Shown here one piece after another: positions 25,353-32,000 of a DNA stretch of 32,000 nucleotides (position 1 is the first letter of the stretch; the number at the start of each line of letters is the position of its first letter). The notes under the pieces were generated by a model, which saw only the letters and a list, made by a program, of their open reading frames with translations, was not told the DNA's origin and searched no databases. The position numbers and the translations under genes are program-made. Source of the DNA: Promethearchaeota archaeon. Lineage in GTDB: Archaea > Asgardarchaeota > Lokiarchaeia > Sigyniarchaeales > SOKP01. Where the stretch lies: contig JAUWGH010000001.1 of NCBI GenBank assembly GCA_030606485.1, positions 630,001 to 662,000 of the forward strand, read 5' to 3'.

Positions 25353-26078
25353 TTATTTTTTTAAAATATAGCTAAAGATGGGAATAAAAAGAAAATATTT
25401 GTCATTCTCTATAGCTACATTCATTTTTTTATTTTTAAAATTATGATTAGTCAAAATTTTTTCAAAAAATTTCAGTTCTTTTAATAAATTATCTTTATTC
25501 TTACTCGAAATCCAAGGAACACTTATACAATATCGCTCAACTATCTCGAATTTTTGAGAAAAAAATTGATTCATTTTTCTCCCCACTTCAGGATCGGCTC
25601 CATTATCTTTCAAATTTGAGATTAATGCATCTTTTAAACCTGTTTCTGGAGATTCAATAACCCCTCCATAATCTGGCTCTGCAAGTATTAATAGAATACC
25701 TTCTTTTTTCAAAATCCTATGAATTTCATTGAAACATTTTTCAAGATCCTTAATCCATAAAAATAAATAATGTGTAATAATCACTTCAAATCTCTCATCT
25801 TCGAAGTTATTATTTAAAATATCCATATATTGAAGATTTGCCTTGATGTTCTCTTGATTTAAATTGTCTTTGGCAATTTTTAAACGATGTTCATCAATAT
25901 CAATTCCATATAAATTTAGATTAAATTCTTTCCCAATTTCTTTCAGAAGTGCTCCAGTGCCACAACCAATTTCCAGAAGATTTGTCTTGGTCTCCAGATT
26001 TATTATCTTATAAATATGATTCCTAAATTCATAAGTCCACTTTAATTGTTCGCTGAATCTTATATTCCAATCGATCAT
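25353..26078 (-). CDS. Class I SAM-dependent methyltransferase
   Basis: Motif I LLEIGCGTG, acidic YGIDID, MDI, FEVIITHYLFLWI, ILKKEG, EPDY. Confidence 0.9.
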   Translation of the reverse strand: MIDWNIRFSEQLKWTYEFRNHIYKIINLETKTNLLEIGCGTGALLKEIGKEFNLNLYGIDIDEHRLKIAKDNLNQENIKANLQYMDILNNNFEDERFEVIITHYLFLWIKDLEKCFNEIHRILKKEGILLILAEPDYGGVIESPETGLKDALISNLKDNGADPEVGRKMNQFFSQKFEIVERYCISVPWISSKNKDNLLKELKFFEKILTNHNFKNKKMNVAIENDKYFLFIPIFSYILKK

Positions 26079-26123
26079 AAAATAAATGTTTAGTTAATGA
26101 TAAAAAAAAATAAAAGAAGATAA

Positions 26124-27515
26124 TTAAAAATTTGCAACATTACAGATTATTTTCTTTTGGTCTATATATAATGGACATCCACCGCCACAGATTCGTAATA
26201 ACTCACATTTTTTGCATTTAGGTTCAATATATTCATGCTTTCTAATGCTTTTAAACAGCTTTGAATTCCAAATAGCATCCCAGTCATCTTTTAATATATT
26301 CCCCACAGGTTCATAGTAAGATTGGCAAGGCAAAACATCTCCATTTGGTTCAATTGCAATGCTTGTATTTGCTGCAGAGCATCTTTTTGGTCCCAAACCA
26401 ATTTCTACTGGATTAATAGAACAATATTGAGTTGGAGTATACCAGATAAATTGCATGTCTAATTTTCGACCTCGATTATTTATCTTGTTTAATATTGGTT
26501 CTAATTCTTCTTCAGCGATGCCGTGCTCAAACTCCTTTCCCTTACCAGAGTAAATTAATCCATTACAAGCAAAAGTTTTTACGTTTAATTCATGAAGAAA
26601 ATTTATTGTATCTTTAATTCCCTCGACGTTATGCTTGCATAATGTAGTATTAGTCATAAAGAAAATATCTTCTTTTTCAAAATTTTTGATTGCTTGAACG
26701 GTTTCATCAAACCCATCTACACCAACCATTTTATTATGGATTTCTTTATCATGAGATTCCAAAGTTATCTGAGCATAATCTAAACCTTTCTGTATTGCTT
26801 GTTTTACTAAATTTTTATCAGCAAATTTCCTTCCATTAGTTATAATCCCCATTACAAAACCTTTCTCTTGCCCATATGCAATCAAATCCAGAAAATCATC
26901 TCTTACTGTTGGTTCTCCTCCCGTTAAGGCTATATGTGGGATTCCAACTTCCCATAATACATCCATAATTTTTTTCATAGACTCTGTATCAAATTCTGGA
27001 AAATCTCGTTCCCTTGCAACATAACAATGTTCGCAATCATTATTACAGTTGTAAGTAATTGCTAAATCAATTCTTAACGGAAATTCTGAAGCTTTAAATG
27101 GCTTTTTAGCGTCTATTCCAATTTGGGAAAAGGGATCAACATCTTCTTCTGATAATAAAAATTCTACTTTATCTAAAAGGGCATTATAATCTTCTTCAAC
27201 CTCCTCCGCTGTTGTCCGATAATATTTTATAAAAAATTCTTGAATCTCTTCCAAAGATTTTCCTTCAATAAATTCCTTGAAATACATCATAGCAAATTGG
27301 TTTAAATAAAGAACATATTTTGCATCAATTATTAGGATTGCTTTGCTATTTTTCAATATTCTTAAGTGAAATTTATGGGTTCCAGTATTTTTAAATTCAA
27401 TTATGTTTGAATAAACTCTCGGAATAGAATCATCAAAAACGAATTTTGGTAATATCTTCTTTTTTAATTTCTTAAAGAATTTTTTTGTTTTTCCTTTGGG
27501 TTTTACTATACTCAT
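26124..27515 (-). CDS. Radical SAM/SPASM enzyme with N-terminal PqqD/RRE-like domain
   Basis: CNNDCEHC, LTGGEP, ITNG; seven-Cys SPASM CSAA...NGDVLPC...CKKC-x5-C-GGG-C...C. N-terminal AILII...LYLNQFA...GKSLEEI..F...Y....EEVEEDYNALLDKV is PqqD-like (3 strands + 3 helices). Confidence 0.92.
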   Translation of the reverse strand: MSIVKPKGKTKKFFKKLKKKILPKFVFDDSIPRVYSNIIEFKNTGTHKFHLRILKNSKAILIIDAKYVLYLNQFAMMYFKEFIEGKSLEEIQEFFIKYYRTTAEEVEEDYNALLDKVEFLLSEEDVDPFSQIGIDAKKPFKASEFPLRIDLAITYNCNNDCEHCYVARERDFPEFDTESMKKIMDVLWEVGIPHIALTGGEPTVRDDFLDLIAYGQEKGFVMGIITNGRKFADKNLVKQAIQKGLDYAQITLESHDKEIHNKMVGVDGFDETVQAIKNFEKEDIFFMTNTTLCKHNVEGIKDTINFLHELNVKTFACNGLIYSGKGKEFEHGIAEEELEPILNKINNRGRKLDMQFIWYTPTQYCSINPVEIGLGPKRCSAANTSIAIEPNGDVLPCQSYYEPVGNILKDDWDAIWNSKLFKSIRKHEYIEPKCKKCELLRICGGGCPLYIDQKKIICNVANF

Positions 27516-27518
27516 CTT

Positions 27519-29423
27519 TTATCTACCTCCTCCTGCACACGCACATGCACAACCAGCACAAGCACAAGCACAAGCGCAACCTCCAGCTCCACCACGACCA
27601 CCACGACCTCCTCTACCACCAGTACTTCTTGGTCGAGGAGGGGCAACTGTATTAACTATACTCTCAGCGAAATTAGTGAAATTCTTAACTATTGTATTGC
27701 TAACATTTTCCATACCCCGAACAATCGAATCTGAGAATGTATGGATATTAATATACTGTTTAGGAAGTAAATTCGCACTTGTAGATCTTCCGGGATGATA
27801 TGTATAGTAATGATGCCGAGGCCAATAATAATGATACCAATAATAACGCGGATACCAATATGGATAATGAATATAATAACGGTGACTTAGATATCGCTCC
27901 GAACGTTTTTCAAATAGGTCATCTAAAACTATCCAATCATATTCATCTTCAATATCTTCAAATTCTATTTCATTTGGCATTTTTTTAATTGTCTCCCATG
28001 CTTGGTTGATCATGTTATCATAGTAATAAGTTGTAGCGTCCGATTCATACCCTCTCATTTTCTTATAGGTTGCTTTTATTAAATCAACTAATAATTTTTC
28101 CAATTTTGCCTTTTTTACAGTCCCTTTATCTGGTCCTTCAGGATCCACCGCTTTTAAAAATTTTCTCTGATATGCTTTCATCTTTTGAATCCCCTTTGTT
28201 GACATAACTTCAAACTTTAATGGGTCAGTTTTAATTACTTTTAAATGACCTGTTCGAATTAACCCAAAAATTATTAGAAAAAGAACTTTATTCAAAGGAG
28301 TATTCTTTATAATAGCCGCTTCTACAACTGTAAGATTTTTATTAACCCCTACACTTTCAATTTTAATCTCTGGTTTCTGATATGGTAATCTAGAACGACT
28401 TATTACTTTATAAATTAAATAACCAATCATTCCAAATCCAGCGATTATAACTCCGAAAAATAATAAGATGAATATAATATCACCAAAAGCACCCCATAAT
28501 ATAAAATAAAAAATCGCTCCAATGAAAAATATCATGAAAAATATACAAACAAGGTCTCCTGGGTTTGAACGTTTCCTAGGTGGGTAATATTTCTTCTTGT
28601 AATTCCTTATATATCTATATGTAAGATAAGAAAAGCCAACTATTAATCCGATTATGCTTATTGTCAATAATATGCTTATAATAAATAATACTACTCTTGG
28701 ATCGGCCGTCCAGCCAATAGATACATCTACAGCATCCTTAGGAAATGAAACCCCATAAGTATATTGTTGCATTTGAACATTTGTTTCAGTCCATGTATAA
28801 ATTAAATAATCGGTGCCATCATGTTCCATGAAACTGTAGCTATCATATTCCCTGTAATGCCATTTAACTTCGTTTCCATTTGTGAAATTTGGTGGAAAAT
28901 AAAAATTAACTTCAAGATATTTATAAGTAGAACAAAAACTAGAACCAAACCAAGTTGGAGAAAATTCAACACTTGCCAAACTTTCATTTTCATAATCGCC
29001 AAAAATCATATTTGGGTTGTTTCCAATCACATAAAGCTGACCAGATTCTCCTGGATCAATATAATGCCCAGTAAGCCATATTTCAACACCAATATCGATG
29101 TATTCTGATACTCTGATATTATGGCTATATATGTCATGTCCATCAATTTTTGCCTTTACACTAGATAAATCATAATCATTAGTCGGAAAGCCAATATCAA
29201 CTACGTTAATCGGATCTGCCCAAGAATGACAAGTAAAGTTAATCCAATATTCAATCGTAATAGACCCATCTAGTTCAATATAAACATTTGTTTTCATATA
29301 ATCAACATCAAAAGAATACGTATAAGCCTTAGCGTTTGTACTGGTCGAAACAATGAAGATTATTGCTAATCCAATAATACTACTATAAATTAACCATTTT
29401 TTGTTCATTTTTTTTCTCACCAC
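27519..29423 (-). CDS. Membrane protein (DUF2207-like: signal peptide, extracellular beta domain, 3 TMs, cytoplasmic domain) with C-terminal RGG repeats and CACACACAGCACACAGGGR tail
   Basis: YSFDVDYMKTNVYIELDGSITIEYWI is the DUF2207-like start; three hydrophobic segments at about aa 243-340; LVVEAAII...LIIFGLIRTGHL; Tyr/His/Trp-rich segment; Cys-Ala tail. Confidence 0.85.
   Translation of the reverse strand: MVRKKMNKKWLIYSSIIGLAIIFIVSTSTNAKAYTYSFDVDYMKTNVYIELDGSITIEYWINFTCHSWADPINVVDIGFPTNDYDLSSVKAKIDGHDIYSHNIRVSEYIDIGVEIWLTGHYIDPGESGQLYVIGNNPNMIFGDYENESLASVEFSPTWFGSSFCSTYKYLEVNFYFPPNFTNGNEVKWHYREYDSYSFMEHDGTDYLIYTWTETNVQMQQYTYGVSFPKDAVDVSIGWTADPRVVLFIISILLTISIIGLIVGFSYLTYRYIRNYKKKYYPPRKRSNPGDLVCIFFMIFFIGAIFYFILWGAFGDIIFILLFFGVIIAGFGMIGYLIYKVISRSRLPYQKPEIKIESVGVNKNLTVVEAAIIKNTPLNKVLFLIIFGLIRTGHLKVIKTDPLKFEVMSTKGIQKMKAYQRKFLKAVDPEGPDKGTVKKAKLEKLLVDLIKATYKKMRGYESDATTYYYDNMINQAWETIKKMPNEIEFEDIEDEYDWIVLDDLFEKRSERYLSHRYYIHYPYWYPRYYWYHYYWPRHHYYTYHPGRSTSANLLPKQYINIHTFSDSIVRGMENVSNTIVKNFTNFAESIVNTVAPPRPRSTGGRGGRGGRGGAGGCACACACAGCACACAGGGR
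27522..27620 (-). repeat. Coding low-complexity repeat: (GGR)3 GGAGG then (CA)4 G (CA)3 GGGR
   Basis: Read codon by codon. It has 7 Cys and mixed synonymous codons (TGT/TGC; GCT/GCA/GCG; GGT/GGA; CGT/AGA). Confidence 0.9.
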
Positions 29424-29803
29424 TTCACTTTATCTTTAGGTAATTTAATTGCTTCCCCACATTTCTCACAATAAACTATTTTTTTTTTCTTCATTTCTTC
29501 TGAAATTTCAAGTGGTGTGCCGCAATTTTTACAAATCATTTCAGATGGTACATATCGTGTCTCTTCTTCCAAATCCTTAGGTTCTTTAACTTTAACAATT
29601 TTATACTTGGTTCTCTGAATTAAACGTAAGATTATAACTAAAAGAGTAATGGCAATAATTATCAATAAGACTCCAATTATCAACCGTAAAACCGTTTGTG
29701 TTGGATCTACGGGGGATGCAATTATATAAACCACACCGAAAAATGTAAGAACCACAAAAACAATTATTGCTATAATTTTTAAAAAGATATTTGAATCACT
29801 CAT
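29417..29803 (-). CDS. Small 2-TM membrane protein with C-terminal cytoplasmic Zn ribbon
   Basis: Two hydrophobic helices, then CKNCG...CEKCG; its stop overlaps the start of the next gene (7-nt overlap). Confidence 0.8.
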   Translation of the reverse strand: MSDSNIFLKIIAIIVFVVLTFFGVVYIIASPVDPTQTVLRLIIGVLLIIIAITLLVIILRLIQRTKYKIVKVKEPKDLEEETRYVPSEMICKNCGTPLEISEEMKKKKIVYCEKCGEAIKLPKDKVKW

Positions 29804-29832
29804 TTTTTTCTTAAATCTTTTTTTTAATTAAT

Positions 29833-29840
29833 ATTATAAA
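29833..29840 (-). promoter_or_regulatory. Putative TATA box (TTTATAAT) for the 29803 operon
   Basis: Minus-strand CCTAAAAAAATTTATAATA about 30 nt upstream of ATG 29803, consistent with a near-leaderless transcript. The AT-rich background weakens the call. Confidence 0.4.
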
Positions 29841-29928
29841 TTTTTTTAGGTAAAGTAGGTATAATAAGGTTGCGTAAGAATTTTTCAAAGTAGTTTCATT
29901 TAAATTATGAATTGAATAAGATTTAATT

Positions 29929-30690
29929 ATGGATTTACAAGAAAAAATTGAAACTTGTGCAAAATGGATTGCAGAATCTGAACGAATTGTAGTGTTTACA
30001 GGTGCCGGAATTAGTACAGAATCCGGGTTACCAGATTTTAGAGGGCCCGATGGATTATGGACTCGCCGAGATAAAGGATTACCTCCCCCTAAAACCACAA
30101 AGCCTTGGCATATGATTGAACCAAATCCTGCACATTATGCACTTGTAGAATTGCAAGATATGAATAAATTGGATTTTGTTATCAGTCAAAATGTCGATAA
30201 TCTGCATTATAAATCGGGAATTAAGCTCGAAAAACTTGCAGAGCTACATGGAAACATGACTCTAATGAAGTGCCTTCAATGTAACAAAAAAATGACGTTC
30301 GAAGATGCTGGATGGGATCAAGAAAAATGGGGAAAAGGTTATCGCACTTCAAGAATAAGAAAGGGACAGCCTGCATGTCCAAATTGTGGAGGAAGGTTAA
30401 TAAACTCAATTGTAAATTTCGGAGATCCATTACCACAAGAGGATTTGCGTAATTCTATAGTACATACTGAAAAATGTGATGTTTTTCTTGTAATAGGTAG
30501 TTCCCTTGTTGTTTATCCAGCTGCAGAAATGCCCGCTATAGCGTACCGGGCTGGAGCAAAATTGATTATAATCAATAAAGGAGACACTCCATATGATAAC
30601 AGGGCTGATATTAGAATTAGTGAAAATGTTGCGGAAATTGTCCCGTCGATAGTAGAAAAAGTAAAGCAGATAATAAGTAAAAATTCTTGA
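29929..30690 (+). CDS. cobB: Sir2-family NAD-dependent protein deacylase
   Basis: FTGAGISTESGLPDFRG, SQNVDNLH, ELHG, CLQC...CPNC, IVNFGD, GSSLVVYPAA, IINKGDTPYD. Confidence 0.93.
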   Translation: MDLQEKIETCAKWIAESERIVVFTGAGISTESGLPDFRGPDGLWTRRDKGLPPPKTTKPWHMIEPNPAHYALVELQDMNKLDFVISQNVDNLHYKSGIKLEKLAELHGNMTLMKCLQCNKKMTFEDAGWDQEKWGKGYRTSRIRKGQPACPNCGGRLINSIVNFGDPLPQEDLRNSIVHTEKCDVFLVIGSSLVVYPAAEMPAIAYRAGAKLIIINKGDTPYDNRADIRISENVAEIVPSIVEKVKQIISKNS

Positions 30691-30806
30691 AATTTTCCAG
30701 AAATTGTGAAATAATTGTATCTCTTAATCTAATATCTTGTAAGTCAACTATAGGGTCTATATAAGAAAACTAAACTCCATTTTTTAAAAAAGTAATTAAA
30801 AAAAAA

Positions 30807-31997
30807 TTAATTATTGAAAAGTATTTCTAAGTGAAGGTCGTTAAGTGGATAAGAGATACATGGGTGGATGAAATTATTATCACGGTCAGCTTCTCGAATT
30901 ATTACTTCAGGTGGAACAAAAACCTTACCAGATAGAAGTTTAGTTCTACAAAGCGCACACTCTCCCGAACGACAACCGCTATTGATTTGGATTCCCAACT
31001 CTTTTGCACGTTCAATACTATTTAATAAAGGTTCAACACATGATACCTCAATTACTTTTTTTTCTTTGAGTCCTGATTTTATGAAATCTATTGTAATTTG
31101 AACTTTTTTAGATACATCAATCCCCTCTGGCCATCCCATTGTTTTCGTTATATCCTTCGGAACACCAAATAGCTCGTGAGAGATCCTATGATTGGGTATT
31201 CTCAACTCTTCTAGTTCTTTTAAGACGAATTCATACATTTCTCTATTCCCAACAATATAGAAAAACTTATCATCAACCGATCCGATAAATTTCATGATCT
31301 TATCTTTCGATATAAATCCAGTTTCTCCGGTCCAATCTTGACTTGGTTCTGAGAGTATAAATGTACCCTTTATATTGGGGCGCCTTTTTTGTATTTCTTC
31401 GAGTTCTTCCCGAAACAGAATATCCTCCTTAGTTAAACACCCAAATAATAACCAAATATTGAGGGGTACAACTCTTTCCGAAAAATCCCGCAACATTGAC
31501 ATGAATGGAGTAATACCGCTGCCTCCCGCGATAAACACTAAATCTTTCCCGTGAAAGATTGGGTTATAGCAAAAAACACCCAATGGACCGGTTGCCTCAA
31601 AAAGATCACCAACTTTTGCGTTATCAAAGAGATATGGGCTTACAAACCCACCATCTTCCTTTTTTATGCCTAATTCATAATATGCAAGTTGATTCGGAGA
31701 AGAGACAAGCGAGTAAGGACGACTCGTTCGGACGCCATTAATTTCTACAGTCAAGCCAATATATTGACCTGCTCGGAAGGGTGCCAAAACTTTCGTAGAT
31801 CGTGCAGGAACAAATCGGAATAACTTCGTATCTGGTGAGAGTTGTTTTATGTCTGAGATTTGCAACCATAATTTATCGGGATGAAGGCGATCACACAAAT
31901 TTTCCAACCCATCGAAATATGTTGGTATGGGTTGAACTTCTTCACGCCACTGCTTTAATTTTCTAGCATATGTAAATCTTTTCAAATCTTTGAACAT
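30807..31997 (-). CDS. FNR-like FAD/NAD(P)-binding oxidoreductase with C-terminal [2Fe-2S] ferredoxin domain (Hcr/PaaE-like reductase); start may lie beyond the window
   Basis: RPYSLVS, GFVS, IAGGSGITPF, GETGFI, GCRSGECALC...PCIS. The frame is still open upstream of ATG 31997 (AAG at 32000-31998). Confidence 0.9.
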   Translation of the reverse strand: MFKDLKRFTYARKLKQWREEVQPIPTYFDGLENLCDRLHPDKLWLQISDIKQLSPDTKLFRFVPARSTKVLAPFRAGQYIGLTVEINGVRTSRPYSLVSSPNQLAYYELGIKKEDGGFVSPYLFDNAKVGDLFEATGPLGVFCYNPIFHGKDLVFIAGGSGITPFMSMLRDFSERVVPLNIWLLFGCLTKEDILFREELEEIQKRRPNIKGTFILSEPSQDWTGETGFISKDKIMKFIGSVDDKFFYIVGNREMYEFVLKELEELRIPNHRISHELFGVPKDITKTMGWPEGIDVSKKVQITIDFIKSGLKEKKVIEVSCVEPLLNSIERAKELGIQINSGCRSGECALCRTKLLSGKVFVPPEVIIREADRDNNFIHPCISYPLNDLHLEILFNN

Positions 31998-32000
31998 CTT

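Noticed and set aside
27537-27578. Interpretation of the Cys-Ala tract as a DNA microsatellite or assembly artefact
   Set aside because: Synonymous codons vary across units and the frame ends cleanly 3 nt before the next ATG.
27496-27798. + strand 100-aa ORF with AHAHAQPAQAQAQAQ repeats
   Set aside because: It is the antisense shadow of the GC-rich Cys-Ala/RGG tail; the repeat is fully explained by the minus-strand gene.
18981-30690. Selenocysteine read-through at TGA-terminated genes (vapB, the 29417 gene, the sirtuin)
   Set aside because: Each TGA falls at the natural family C-terminus or in a start/stop overlap, with no truncated redox motif and no downstream coding continuation.
137-31741. 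Remaining short track ORFs nested antisense or out of frame within long genes (137..361, 4447..4758, 5465..5689, 5777..6001, 6804..7013, 11160..11369, 11427..11843, 16921..17181, 19443..19658, 22690..22944, 23624..23821, 25147..25332, 27800..27988, 28802..29002, 28821..29108, 29811..30098, 30221..30436, 30868..31101, 31559..31741)
   Set aside because: They overlap well-supported genes, have no recognisable motifs and show composition typical of shadow frames.
1-32000. CRISPR arrays, tRNA/rRNA genes, IS elements or integrases
   Set aside because: No regularly spaced direct repeats, no cloverleaf or GC-rich structured intergenic segment and no transposase/recombinase motifs seen. A covariance-model scan was not possible.

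Overview
A very AT-rich, gene-dense archaeal window, almost certainly from an Asgard archaeon (Lokiarchaeia/Promethearchaeota-like). This is inferred from three longin-like domains, a Rab-like GTPase without a prenylation motif, Loki-CTERM-like ISGY sorting tails, an archaea-specific Ski2-like helicase and TATA/BRE promoters. I found no rRNA, tRNA, CRISPR array or transposase. About 28 CDS are supportable, including a 53-aa ORF missed by the track and a GTPase whose conserved N-terminus begins upstream of the track's start. The strongest candidate for an undescribed system is the minus-strand operon 29803->26124. It encodes a 2-TM Zn-ribbon protein, a 634-aa membrane protein ending in GGRGGRGGRGGAGG-CACACACAGCACACAGGGR, and a radical SAM/SPASM enzyme with an N-terminal PqqD/RRE-like domain, followed by a methyltransferase. 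This suggests RiPP-style modification of a membrane protein's cytoplasmic Cys-Ala tail. Directly downstream is a second unusual module, 25280->19349: two membrane-anchored sulfite-oxidase-fold proteins lacking the Moco cysteine, a DOMON/EbdC-like heme-type surface protein and a complete ECF transporter. Other oddities are an apparently circularly permuted secreted phospholipase D, a threonine synthase-wHTH fusion, a DRG-like GTPase with degenerate G1/G2/G3, an SSUH2-like Zn-finger protein, a SIRT6/7-like sirtuin, a Par14-like parvulin, a receptor-longin gene next to a Rab-like GTPase, and palindromic operator candidates. All family assignments come from motif recognition by eye; no database searches were run.
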